From Balanoglossus misakiensis (lineage: Eukaryota > Animalia > Hemichordata): a DNA stretch of 64,000 bases. Made by a program: the position numbers and the translations under genes. Positions 25,301 to 38,045 of the stretch are shown in pieces (within the stretch, counting starts at the first letter, position 1; every line of letters starts with the position of its first letter). The notes under the pieces were generated by a model. It saw nothing but the letters and a program-made list of their open reading frames with translations. It was not told the origin of the DNA and ran no database searches. Where the stretch lies: the NCBI GenBank assembly GCA_040954595.2, contig CM082577.2:7775846-7839845 (forward strand). The letters are read 5' to 3'.

Positions 25301-26552
25301 CAAACATATTTCTCTAGCTAACCAACCAGCTCAGAGTATCCAAAAAGTATTTATAGCTTGCTGGCCGAGTACATAATTTTGGGGTTCATCAATCTTACCT
25401 GCACCAGATAGCTAAACTTGGGAGGAGCACCTTTCAGATCTAGATGAACCAATCTATACAGGAAAAGTTATCAAGAATAGAATAAAACAAAATTCAATTA
25501 TGCAATCACATTGATCATGGTTGTTTGTTTGTTTGTTTGTAGCCAATATAACAAAACTTGTTCCCATAAAAAAACAAGGAATTCAATATTGCTGGTAGTA
25601 TTGTTTCTCATATATATTGCAAATAAGAAAGTTTTATGTTATGTTTTACATAAAGGACATATGTTCTTTATTTTTTTATTTTAACTCCATACATAATAAA
25701 TATTCAACAATCAGGACACTTGATTCTTTTGTCATACTTGACGTTTTTTTCATAGCATGCAGAACGAGTTATAATGGTACCAGGCTATAGGCCCACTAAT
25801 CACTATGCCACAGCTAATGTCTGCCGTTGAGGGCGCACTTCCATAAACCAGGTATTGGACATACCGGTACTAGTATCTAAAACTCTCTATAAGCTCAATG
25901 AAATAACTTCATTATACAAAGACTTAGGAAGGTATGGAGTTAATTCAAAGTGACTTACAGCGCCTCCCACTCAAATATCTTGACCACCTACCTGTGGTAC
26001 GTGTCAGGTTTTGGCACAGGCACTGGTTTCCTGTAGAGTGGTTCTGAGATTTCCGACAACGACATCTTGCGTTGCCACCTTCGTCCTCGTATCTGGTTTC
26101 TGTAGTTCAGTTTGGAAATTTGCTTTGGTTTTGAGACCTGTTCCAACTTCTGCAGTTTCCCATTTACAGCTGGTAGTACTGTCCTTTCTGGAGCGATAAA
26201 CAAATATCTGAAACATGCAGAAAGAAAATCATTTTACATCGTGTTTGTTCGATGACTAATTAATCTACTTCTAATATGGTATCCTAAGAACTCTATGGGA
26301 TCATGAGATATGTATATTACTGCGGTCCTTATCCAATTTCTTATTTTGCATCATTTCTCTTTGCTCTCTAAATGCACAAATGGTTCCAAGTTTAATAGGC
26401 CAGATATTGTATACAGAATTTCAACAGTGCAATGTACTAGTATATATAGTAATTAATATACCAGGTACTTACGCTATGTAACTTACTACTATTAGGGCAC
26501 CACCAAGGATAAGCACTTTCGTTATATGTCTTTTTCCTCTTCTTTTACCCAT
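18866..26552 (-). CDS. HEXD: Hexosaminidase D-like GH20 enzyme, copy 2; type II membrane anchor, short stem; probable non-coding first exon near 27176
   Basis: [27 protein letters not shown] start (alternative in-frame ATG at 26582). Motifs: [11 protein letters not shown] (~25399-25452), [22 protein letters not shown] (24664-24860), catalytic HIGADE (~23056), [32 protein letters not shown]. Stop 18866-18868. Confidence 0.92.
19147..19341. repeat. (TACA)n microsatellite, intronic
   Basis: Directly visible; source of the MYVC and HTYI ORFs. Confidence 0.97.
24913..25127. mobile_element. MITE with TA target-site duplication (Tc1/mariner-type), in a HEXD copy 2 intron
   Basis: TA-CTGTAAAACACTTTAT ... 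ATAAAGTGTCTTACAG-TA terminal inverted repeats, with internal repeated TTTTCGCG/TCGCGA motifs. Confidence 0.8.
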
Positions 26553-27175
26553 CAGATGGTCATCAGTCACAGAAATCACCATGTAGATCCACTCCTCAAC
26601 ACTCCCATATGAGTAAAGGCCGAATGTCTTCCCGTTTCTGTCGGGATGTGTAAAGTTACAAAAAACACTTGACGAAAGCACTTAAAGTTTTCTTCTCCAA
26701 TTACCAGTAGCTATATTAAATACTGGGCTAGCAATAGGTTGGCCATACTCTAAATCATGATTTATCCATTTTCTTGTTATTAAAAAACAAACATTACCAT
26801 ATTTGTAAACAAACAAACATTTTTCTCACATATTTTGTTTTTATTATATAAATCAATCAAACGAGGAGGAAGAGCTCCCTGTGCTGTTAACTTACAGCAT
26901 TTTTTTCTCAGATTGCCATTCCTACTCTTTACTCAAGCCAGGCATTGAAGAAGTTTTTTTTCATCCATCCCCCCCCCCCGATCTCAAATGGTTCTCCCCT
27001 AATCTTACATGCGCAGTGCATGCCCTCGCCCCCCCCCCCCCCCCCCCCGGCCTCGGCCCTGCCTTAGAGGCTACACAGGCGCTCAGCGCGTACCCGCTGA
27101 TCGTGCAAATCAGAGTTAGAGTCCATGGGACAATGGGAAAATAAATAGAACGGGGAAAACAGTTGAATTACTTAC

Positions 27176-27562
27176 CACAACGCTGTCGTTCGATAGAAAA
27201 TATCAAACGCACAGTTGATATGCCCTGTGCAATGAGAGTATAAGATTGCCTTTCAATTCGTATTCGGTTTCAGATATCTACACTCCACACTCAAACAGTC
27301 TCGATCTCTTTAATTCGCTTCGCTCTGTCAGATTCTATCTCGCAAGTGAAGGCTCTCATACAATTTCTTGTCATATGATACAACATTTTGAAGACGGAAA
27401 GCATAATCGTTGCTGCACCCAAAAGGGAATCAGCGAGGACTTCAATCCTAACCCTATTTAGGGTCATAGGTCATGTGTCTTTTCGTTAGCTTTATTTGTG
27501 TAAATCCACGGTCTCTCCGAATACCTTTTTATTTGACCATTCAGACATAACTGTACATCACT
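27176..27562. promoter_or_regulatory. Probable bidirectional promoter between HEXD copy 2 (-) and MLST8 (+)
   Basis: Minus-strand donor GTAAGTA at ~27169-27175 lies about 390 bp from the MLST8 ATG at 27563; divergent orientation. TSSs not determined. Confidence 0.55.
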
Positions 27563-30060
27563 ATGCCAACTGTAGGAGGTTCAACTGGAAGTGAACCAGT
27601 AATATTAGCAACAGCAGGCTATGATCACACTGTAAGATTCTGGCAAGCACATAGTGGCATATGTCATCGCACAGTCCAACACCCTGATTCTGTATCCTTG
27701 AAAACTCATACCAACACTCTGATAGTATGATATGATGTTGAATTTGAACTTGAAGAGCAGAATTTCGACCAGAGCTGAGTGTTTTTTTGTAGATAGTAAC
27801 ATGTAGATAGTGTGTATGTATGTATGTATGTATGTATGTATGTATGTATGTATGTATGTATGTATGTATGTATGTATGTATGTATGTATGTATGTATGTA
27901 TGTATGTGTGTGTGTGTGTGTATTCGTTGAGTGCAGCTAGGAGTTAGGCGGTTTTCCCTGTATAAACTGACCTTGACTTTACTGTACAGCAAGTTAACTG
28001 CTTACAAATCACTCCAGACAGACAATTACTAGCTGCAGCAGGTAAGTTAAATACCTTGATTACTTACACCTTTTTCCACACATCATGATAAATGTACAGA
28101 GGTGGCTGTTATATAGAGGTGTCCACTAACACAGGTTTGACACATTTAATATGCTACTTGTTATTATCGTCTAGGCTATCAGCACATACGCATGTATGAT
28201 TTGAATACTAATAATCCCAACCCGGTGGTGAATTATGACGGAGTGTCAAAGAATATCACTGCAGTGGGTTTCCATGAAGATGGGAAATGGATGTTCACAG
28301 GTGGTGAAGACAGCTCTGCCAGGATATGGGACCTGAGGTAAGGAATGTTCAATGGGTGTCCAAATCCTGGATTTTTGGCAGTTTGTGTTGGTTGGTTGCT
28401 TGGAAACGTTAAAATTACTCTGTATCTGTATCTGCAGGTCACGAAATCTGCAATGTCAGCGAATATTTCAAGTCAGTGCTCCAGTGAACTGTGTTTGCCT
28501 TCATCCAAATCAGGTTAGTTGCTGTAATAATATTTTGCTCTGTCACAATTTCTCTAACGGGAATGCTTGACTTTTTTGTGTGAAATTTGATCAGTTCTCG
28601 ACACCCTCATCCCACAAGGTACTGTCTCTCAAAGTAGTTGCTGCATACACACTATGGGATTTTCACAGTGCAGTAAGGCATGACAGAGGCATCTGGGACA
28701 GTCCAGTGGAAAACTCTCTTTTGCAAGAATGGTTTGACTTCAAAAAATTAACTTCAGTACACACCTTGTTGGCTGTGTATCTCCACATGTGTGTGGAGCG
28801 GAAATTCTGTGATCCATTTTATAAGTTGTGATGTTAATGCGCACAACAAAAGTATAAAAGTATTTTGCATTATCGTAATTGAATTTTTTTCTTGTTTATT
28901 TTTCACCAGGGAGAACTCTTTGTTGGGGACCAAAGTGGTGCAATTCACATATGGGACTTGAAGACAGATCACAATGAACAGTTGGTGTGTATTATGATTT
29001 AGCCATTTTGTTAATCCCAGCCACCAGAATTAGTGACAGAGGTTTTATTGTGACACAGAGGTGGAAACGTTAACAGTGTTTGACTGTAACCACCAGACTG
29101 ACATTCAAGCAAATGAAAAGGTCAACATTGCATCATTGAAGTGCTAAAATTGTTTGTTTGTTTCTACCCTACAGCTGCAGTGCAACTGTTTACATTTAGT
29201 GAAGCAAAGTTTTATACTCATCATTGACATTTTTTATCTCCGATGTAGATACCAGAACCAGATTCCTCCATCCAGCACATAAGTATAGACCCCGACGCAA
29301 CACTTCTGGCAGCAATCAACAACAAGGGAAACTGCTACATATGGAGTCTGTCCAGAAGTCACACCGAGCGACTGACGCAGTTGCACCCGAAGACAAAAAT
29401 ACCAGCACACAAGAAATACGGCTTAAAGTGCAGATTTAGCCCGGATTCAACGTAAGTTGTAAATTCCGGCTTTTTTTTCTCATTTGAATTTACAAATGGA
29501 GATATATGCATATGTATTACAACCCGATCAATTGTATTGCCCAATTCCTTCTCAGGCTGCTAGCAACAACATCAGCAGACCAAACTGTTGAGATATGGAG
29601 AACGGCAGATTTTTCATCCAAGACAACCCTGTCGGATTCTACACAGAGATGGGTCTGGGACTGTGCTTTCTCAGGCGACTCCCAGTACATCGTAACAGGT
29701 AAATTTCTACATGTAAATATACCTTAACCCTTTCACCCTCCCCCCAGTTCCCTCTTTAGAGGTCCAACCTTACCATAGAAAACAGTGGGGTTGGACTGAA
29801 CCAGGGTGGTGAAAGGGTAAGTTCCAAAGTCGCAGTGACAATGAAAAATGTAGCTACATATTTTATTATGTGGTGGCCCTCTTATTTCAACAATTAACGA
29901 GTATATCTCTCTTCCCTCCCTCCATTTTCACCCCTCTGCAGCATCATCGGATAACAAAGCCAGGTTATGGAGCGTTGACCAAGGAGAAATCAAGCGGGAA
30001 TACAGTGGACATCAGAAAGCTGTCACTTGCCTGGCTTTCCACGACAGGATATCATCATAA
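27563..30060 (+). CDS. MLST8: Target of rapamycin complex subunit LST8 (WD40); exons 27563-27691, 27990-28041, 28175-28337, 28438-28513, 28910-28984, 29249-29451, 29556-29698, 29942-30060
   Basis: [120 protein letters not shown]; TAA 30058-30060. Confidence 0.97.
27692..27989 (+). other. U12-type (minor spliceosome) GT-AG intron in MLST8
   Basis: 5' site GTATCCTTG; branch-like CCTTGAC at 27971-27977, about 12 nt before the AG; phase-0 junction gives ...HPDS|QVNC...; contains a (TATG)n microsatellite. Confidence 0.88.
29724..29820. mobile_element. ~95-bp piggyBac-like MITE, copy 1 (MLST8 intron)
   Basis: TTAA-CCCTTTCACC ... GGTGAAAGGG-TAA; homologous to 40432-40525. Confidence 0.75.
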
Positions 30061-30957
30061 AAAACAAACAACTTGATTGGCAAGGCATCGCGCACATTTC
30101 TCACTGATGGTTTCTAACTTCTATACAACTTCTACCATGGTTGTTACTACTGTATCAGTGAATGTAGAAGTGTTTGAGATCATCCGGATGTGCACTTCAT
30201 TTGTGGAAGGGCAGAATTCCTCTGTACAAAATCACGAAAAACAGAAGGACTTTTACTGTATACAATGCTTTATTTCAAATGATTTCTAAACTTTCAGACA
30301 ATATCTTGTATATGTACAAATATACCTTTTAAAAGTAGCTGTACTAGAAACTGCTTTGTGATAAAGCAAAATAAATACATCATCATCATACTGGATTGAT
30401 TTCCACATCGAGTTTTGTTCCAGATTTGTTTATGACAAACAGAGAAAAAGCTTGTAAAAAAGCTTTACATGTACATGTTGATACTTTTGTCAGCTGTTTT
30501 GCGCATTAAGTACAGATATTTGACTGATCATGATAGTCATGACAAATGAATCGGATGTGATTTTATGGCAAGTACTTTCCACGTACCAAGCAGGACTTGA
30601 AGAATGAATGTGTTTTGAATATGTACAGTACAAAATGAATCTAGATCACTTCTTATTTTCAAGAGACCACAAATGGTATGACTGCACACAATGGCACCTG
30701 CAACTGCGTCGCCAATAAGTATGCTTTGGTTGTAGTGCTCGGGTTATCAGCTGGAGAGAGTCAATCACGTGTTTTTGGCCAGTCAGTCAACTAACACATC
30801 ACACCAGTCAACGAACTTGATGACACAAACAACTGAATAAGTAACAGTCTGTGTCTATCAAACTGCCAGGATGGCCGACAGAATAGATTGCTAAACAAAA
30901 GAGAACAAGTCATGACAAACAAAATGTGTGGTCTTGACCTTGATGGACAGATTTCTG

Positions 30958-32767
30958 CTATGCTAATGTCTTCATAATCTCAGTTTTTTCTTCATACATT
31001 TTGTAGAACGCGTTCGCCAAGAAGTAGAAAGGTGCTTCGATATTCTCCATGTCTTTCTGTAAGGTCAAAGGTGAAATGAATTATTATTGGGGTCAACTAT
31101 AGTCTGACCTCACAATGACTGGTCATTTGGCTGCCAGGTACAACTACACACAAACATGCAATATTTACAAATGACCCTACAGGTACTCCAGTACACAGTG
31201 GCCAATACTAAATACTTGTTCAATATGTAATGATGGCAACTATTATTTAAAACTCATTAAAATAATGTCATACTGCGCACTATAAAGGCTTTCTGATACA
31301 ACAAAATGAAATGTTGCCAGACCAAGACACTGCGAATCATTACTTCACTCATTTAGTCACCCATACCATGTACAGAAAGCAAGAACTTACCGCTGAGCAT
31401 TCAAAATACTGCAGGTTATTCTGTGCAGCAAACTCCCTAGCTGGTCCTGGATGAACAACTCTTCTGGCACCCAGATCTGTCTTATTGCCAACAAGGACAC
31501 CTGAAATACAAGTACCGTATTTTTTTTTAGGAATTCAATATTTCTAGGCCCAAGTTTCAAAGTGAGTTTCAGTAATCCATCAACAATAATTATTCTGAGA
31601 TAGTTCACGGCTTACCTGGCAATTCCTGATTGGTTTTGGTTTTGACCCTCTCTAACCATTTCTGACAACTTTTGAAGGAAGTCTCACTGGAGACGTCGAA
31701 GACAACCATGACTACGGACGGATGTTCCCACTGTATACAAACAGAGACAAAACTACATTTGTGAGCTGAGGCACACTTGACGGTATTCTAGAGAATGACA
31801 TCGAGATAAAATATGGTGTACTACTCTTCAGGACAATAATGCAGTACGTTACTTACAAATTTCTGCACATATTCTGAGTACGTTTCTTTGCCAGCAGAAT
31901 CATAAATGTAAAGTTCCTGCAAGATAAACGATACCAATTTGATTAAAGAAACAGCCAAGATTTCTGTAACTAAATAAATGGAACGTGTATAACTTAGACA
32001 AAGTACTGATAAGTCAAATTGGGAAAGTCCTGGTACAGACTTAAAATGATGAAGATAAGCATGTCGATACTTCTAAACCATAGTGGTGGCGCCCTCTATC
32101 GACATATTAGTCTGTACAACTGATGCTGAATGTTCAGCATTACGAAAATGTGGGGGGGGGGGGGGGTAGATATGTTTCAATGTAAATATATATCATAATG
32201 GGTTTCTTTACATCCTCATCCAGGAAATAATGTGTTTACACAAACATCTGATAATCACAGAAAGGAATACATGGTACTGACCACACTGTCATTTGTATCA
32301 GGTATGTTGACTGATTTGACACACAGCTCCACTCCAACTGTCTACAGATGAAAAAAAAACATTAAAAACATAGTAATCATTAAGGGAAATAAAAACAACC
32401 TAAAATCAAAATAAACATGGTAGAAACTTATGGCTAGACACTAGACTCAGTACCCCACTGAAATTTCAAAGAATGTGTTGAGACTATCTGATACATACCA
32501 TGGAATAACTTTTGGGGAAATGAGCTCCATCACTGTGGAATACTTGGGTTATTGCACTTTTCCCAGAAGAAGATTCACCTGCAAACAGAGCAAATGGATG
32601 ATGTTGAATTAGAAGTAGACTCTCTATTGTCCAGGGAGGGACTGTGGGTACAACTAGTGTTTGCAAATCCTATTTGAGTGGGAATGGTGGTTCATTCTGT
32701 TTTCTAGTATACAGACCAACCAGCTGGGGGTGGTGGGGGGGGGGGGGGTAGTCTCTCTTGGTTTACC

Positions 32768-32798
<31 letters not shown>

Positions 32799-33183
32799 AA
32801 ATATACAGTGTTTCCACAGCTAAGATAGGAGCTCCCATCCCCAGTCTGCTACCTGTGGCAGTGCAATGTCATTTTTTGAGAATGAGGTAAGCGTACTTCG
32901 ATCATTAAAAGCTGGTGGCAAGCGTATGATAACTATAAATATATTCCATGTGGTTTCTTCAGTAGTGATCCAGAAAAGCGAAAATAAGCCGTTGCCATAG
33001 TAGCCAGTGAGACGCTATCGAGTTGTCATGTCAGTGTCACGTCAAAGATGCTCAGCTCCGGAAAAACGGTACAGTACAAGCTTTGGGGTTATCATTGAAT
33101 AAACTTAGCACACATGATGTCAGAGGATGGATGATCTTCTACTTACCAACGACTATTACTTTGGCTCTCAACAGTTTCGGCAT
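30958..33183 (-). CDS. IFT27: Intraflagellar transport protein 27 (RABL4), 7 coding exons
   Basis: MPKLLRAKVIVVG|ESSSGKSAITQVFHSDGAHFPKSYSM|TVGVELCVKSVNIPDTNDSV|ELYIYDSAGKE...GVLVGNKTDL...YFECSA|KDMENIEAPFYFLANAF; no CAAX box, as expected for IFT27; TAG 30958-30960. Confidence 0.95.
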
Positions 33184-33883
33184 GGTGTCTTTGATAAAAT
33201 TCTACGAGAATACTAACGGTGCATTGGCACTGTTTTCGTTGTGTTCAGCCACTGCAGGAATTTTTGAGGGCGCATGCGTCGCTCTAGTATCGAGCGCCCT
33301 CGGTGGTAGAACAAGCAAGGTTTCAGTACAATACAGGCCTGGTTTCAGTATGTACACCCACCAAAAACTCAGAACAGCTGTTAGGTAATTGTTTTCAAGT
33401 AATGCATCCTGCTAACTTTATATTGGATTATCTGGATGTTGAGCGATATCATTCTGGCGAAATTATTGGTCCCATAGAGTCAATTGAAACGAAATATTCT
33501 GCATTTGAAATCAGCCTTATATACATTCACATTGTATAACACTGGTATCTTGGTTTTGCATGCTCATGATAGATAAGATTATATCAATATTGAACTATGG
33601 CGATGCTTAAACATATGACGCTTTAAATATAAACCTCCATGGATGCGTGAAAATTTGAGACTTTCCAAAAGTGTCGATTTCAAAAGTGTCACGTATTCCC
33701 CCGCAATGATTGCATCTTATCACTCTGTTCTGCATTAATCGCCGGTATACAGGTTTCTAAATGTCAGTTCATACACAACACAATAACTATTATATTTGAA
33801 ATGATGCCATTTTATTGGTATCCGACTACGATTATACAAAATTATACAAAGATGGAAATTCGCAAAAGGTCCCAAAGTGTAGC

Positions 33884-35360
33884 TTACGCCGCGGGGATCC
33901 AAATTTCATTGTGCCTTTCGAAGAATTTGGTCGGACTGTCGTATCCGGCAGTATAGAAGTAGGACTTCTTATAGTTTGTGATGGAGCTTGCATTTAACGC
34001 CTGCCTCAATTCCTCGGCATGTTGGAGCCAGCCATCACCAGTGATGATGTAACCGGGGAAAGTACTGGAGGTGAAAAGAACAAAATGACGTCTCGGTTAG
34101 GAAGGGATTGGTGATTCTGATCTTTTAAGATTAATTCTAGTGTCTATCTATCTGAAAACGCCAATACGACCTCTCACTCGTGCAAATGATTGTCGGGAAT
34201 AACAAGAAGTGGAAGGCAAATAATGTATAATATTTCGTATCCTCAAAAATATAGTACACGCAAGGGGGAAACGAGAACAAAAAACGAAAAGGACTGCAAA
34301 CCAGCACATCTCGATCGTCTCACCTGACATAGGCTTTGAGCGGTGGCATTTCATTCACAAACACTGCTGGATCACTTGGATCTGGTGGATTGGCTTGGTC
34401 GGCGAACGGAATGAAGAAACTCATGGTCATTTTGATGTTACTGTTCATGAACCATTGCCCTTGTGCTTGTTCTACTTTGACAGTCACTGGTACAGCCATC
34501 TCCATTTTCTTGCCTGAAAAAAAGTTTACAAGAAATTATTTAAGGATGTACGTTCAGTAAAATTGAAAGTATTGTCATTTTTTTTAATTGTGGATTTTTG
34601 GATTCTCCTTTGTATGTATAATGAAAATCCGTAATAAAATATATGGGTCACCGCGCTTGTTTTTGAAATACAGATGTAGTCGTATAGTCTGTAGAAACCC
34701 TTCATTACTGCGATGTTGTACATACTACCCGATATCAATGTACTGGCATACTTCGTAGCATTGTACTGCCTAACCTCAAATCCCTGCAGTAAAAAGATGC
34801 AATTTAACTTTTTAAATTACTTTTGGGCGAGGAACGATTTATTACACTCCCGGCCGTCGCTTAAAATGTTTGAGACAATATCTGAAGTTCCCGCAAATAC
34901 ATGCAGTCCTAAAAGTACGTTTGCATTACCGAAGTTAGTGTATTTTTTCTAGTCTTTACTAGTGAACACTGAATATACGAATCATTGGACAAGTCATGTA
35001 AACCGGTCAATGACAGAAGTCGATTTGTGGTCGTAACTTGCTTTGAGGTTTCACTGAAATGTCTTCTTTGGAATTAAAGCATATGCACCAGTTTTCTTCT
35101 TTGCGAAGTTCTTATAAACACTTACAGGAGAGGTAAACTGTACATTTGTCATAATAAGTGAAACTCACGTCAGTATGGTATATTTTAAATAGAACCTGCT
35201 GGAACGAAGGGGCCGTACTCACCTAGCCTTTTGACACTACCGTGAATTCGGGACAATCCAAATCATTACAGAAAGTCACTGGAGACGATTTGAATGTTGG
35301 GAGTGACGCCACAGAAGCAGCACTCAATGCTAGGAGGAATAGACCAAATATTCTTGACAT
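33884..35360 (-). pseudogene. SOUL/heme-binding protein 2-like gene with signal peptide, disrupted by an in-frame stop; exons 35223-35360, ~34652-34783, 34324-34513, 33884-34064
   Basis: Signal peptide then FCNDLDCPEFTVV, FEVRQY, GFYRLYDYI, MEMAVPV..MSFFIP..PPDPSDPAV, FYTAGYDSP..RHNEIW (SOUL motifs). The last codon of exon 1 is TAG (35223-35225). Exon 2/3 phase mismatch if the donor at 34651 is used. Confidence 0.78.
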
Positions 35361-35664
35361 GGTGACGTATTAATGCCTAAAAAGTAACAACAACAAAAAT
35401 CAAATTCAGAAGAATGCAGTACATTTTAGGGGCCTATACCTTTCCCATTAATTAAATTCGATAGCAGTAACCAGGGCTGAGCCTATGTGCAGCGTTCCCT
35501 GTAGTTTTGTCTGCGAACAACGTCGAGGCACGGTTAGTCTGGTCCACAACTCAAAGAATTCGCATTGGCTCTAGGCATGGAGCTCGAATATTAGAAGGGG
35601 AAAGAAGTCACAACGTCTCCTGGCTCAAATGCTCCGGGAAACGAAGACAAAGACTGACGCTTAC

Positions 35665-35820
35665 CGTGGTGCGGTGTGAACGGACCGAGTGATGATTTTC
35701 CGCAGTCCGACCAACAAGGCAAAGATGGAGCCACGCACGTGTTTGGAAGTGTACCGGGCTTTATATACGAACTGGACCGGGCCACCTGGAGAAATGCAAA
35801 TGACAGTGCGCGTCATATGC
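35665..35820 (-). promoter_or_regulatory. TATA box and non-coding first exon of the SOUL-like gene
   Basis: TATATAAA on minus at 35760-35767, donor GTAAGC at ~35659-35664, acceptor TTTTAG at ~35377 just before the ATG; ATGCAAAT octamer at ~35793. Confidence 0.55.
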
Positions 35821-36957
35821 ATGGCAAAGCATGCATACCGCACATGGCATATCATGGGTAACGGTGGTGACAGATGGTCTCTTCCAGACATGCAAATTTT
35901 CCATGCTGTATAACTACTTGAACTATAATTGGGTGTCGAATAATATCTGTTGTATTTGTATTGAATTTGCGGTTAGTTTCGTAGTACGAGATTCATAGCA
36001 AGTAATAAATATTGCTGCCAATGTAAGAATGAAGGGCGCATGAAGGTCAAGTCCCATTCTTTCATCTCCTTTGCAACACTCCTTTCTTTCTTCCAAGCCC
36101 GATATCAGGATTAATCCTGTATGTTTACAAATAGTGTCTCTTTACCCAGTGTTAACCTGGTTGTTTGAACTGTGATAAAACAAGTGGCATACAAAATAAT
36201 GTTGTAGGATTGTCTTTATTCTCAAGAAGATACCTAATACACAGTTTTGTCAATCATTCATTTCTGAAAGCATTTTTTCTCTGTTTTCCACAAGTTCAGC
36301 AAACCCATCGGATTAAAAAAAGTGATGAGGTACAACTTGGTGAAAAAATGACTGCCAAAAACAAGAATGACTGTTTGTTATATGTGTTGAAGGTATATAT
36401 TACAATATACACAGGTAAACTTGCCAAGAAAGTACGAATGGATTAAGTATAACCAGAAAATTACTTGCTAATGTACATTTTATTGAGAAGCACATTCAAA
36501 AGAATGTTTTACTGATGTGTATACCAAGATTTTCCACTGTACTATAATCCAATGTCATATTCAAGATAATTTTATTATGTATTGTAAGTACAATTTATAC
36601 AAAAACCTGAAATCATACAGGTTAGAATGGGTCTTTTTTTTCTGAAGACGGCTGGTTCATAGAAATTCTGCATTGGAAATTAAAATGAACTGTGTTAGAT
36701 CATGAAGAAGCTTGCTTTCCTCAACCTCACCGGTATCAGTCAATGTTTCTGGATCAACATTTTTTCCTATTCATAATGTAATTTCACAGTGCATGTTAAT
36801 TCATATATGATTTGAGGAAAAATATACATGTGTATCTGTAAAATGCAACCAATTGGAGGACTACCTATACTCCCCCCCCCCCCTCTGCGTGCACGACTTT
36901 ATTTATACAGTTTGTAAAAAAATGTCACAGATTCATTATTTTCTACCACTTCTCTGT

Positions 36958-38014
36958 TCACAGCAAATCTTGTATGCGAACTTTTCGTCTGACAGCATTA
37001 GTGTGTCCCGCATTGAATTTGAAATACAATGCACTGCCTTCATCTCTGGTCGACTGCTGGCCATTCCCTTTTCCATTTCCTGGCAAAAAAAAAGAAAGAT
37101 ACCGGTATTGGAACATTATCATTATGACCAATGTCCAGGATGAAGATAAGGACCGCTAGCCGGCAAAAACAACTGGCAACTCTGCCTGTCCGTGCCACCT
37201 ACAAAATTATACTTTAACTGCCACTGAAATTGTCAAAAGAAATCACAAAACTGCAAGGAATACAAGTCTTCTTACCAGACGGCGTCTTCTTGATAATACG
37301 GCCAAAGAAATCTCGAAAAACCTGTGGGCAAACAGAGTGCAAAGATTAAAGTACTTGACAAAGAAAACATCTTGGTGTCTGAGCATGGCCATATTGTTGA
37401 GAACTTATCTGATTATCAATCTTTTATGGTTACAGTGGAAAAATATAAAAAAATCTCCTGGTATTATCTCACCCTCTCTTCTTCAGGCAATTTAATCTTT
37501 TTTGGTTCCAACTTCTCCTTATGTCTGGGAACAGCAGATGGTGTCTTGCCTTTGTCCGTTGGCGTCTTTGCCCCTGTTTTTGGTCTGTCAGAGGAATGAA
37601 AGAGGTGAGCAGCACAAAAGAATTCTTGCTACTTTTCACAATGTCTGGTGATGGTTTATTACCGGTAATAGCCCTTTGCAATTGATTAAACCAAAAGAAA
37701 ACTAAAAGGTAAACAACATTTTCTAGTAATGCTAAAGTTTGATTGTGTCGAAAGATATCAGCTCAAGCGAAAAGGAAGTGTCTGCAGAAAGCACATGTAA
37801 CTGACCCCATGACATTCTTCTGCGAAGGCAATGCTTTAAAGGTCCTCCTCATCTTCTCCAAGTCGATCTGTCAATAAAAATTACAATGATGTGTTATAAA
37901 ATGTGGATAGATGGATGGATAGATGTAGGTAGGTAGGCAGTTGGAGGTATACATGCATGGGTAGGTAGATGCACACACTATCACACAGGCAGACATGTAG
38001 ACAGAGAGTGAGTG

Positions 38015-38045
<31 letters not shown>

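Noticed and set aside
35507-35913. Several overlapping 60-76 aa ORFs in a GC-richer patch
   Set aside because: No recognisable motifs; better explained as the promoter and 5'UTR exon of the SOUL-like gene.
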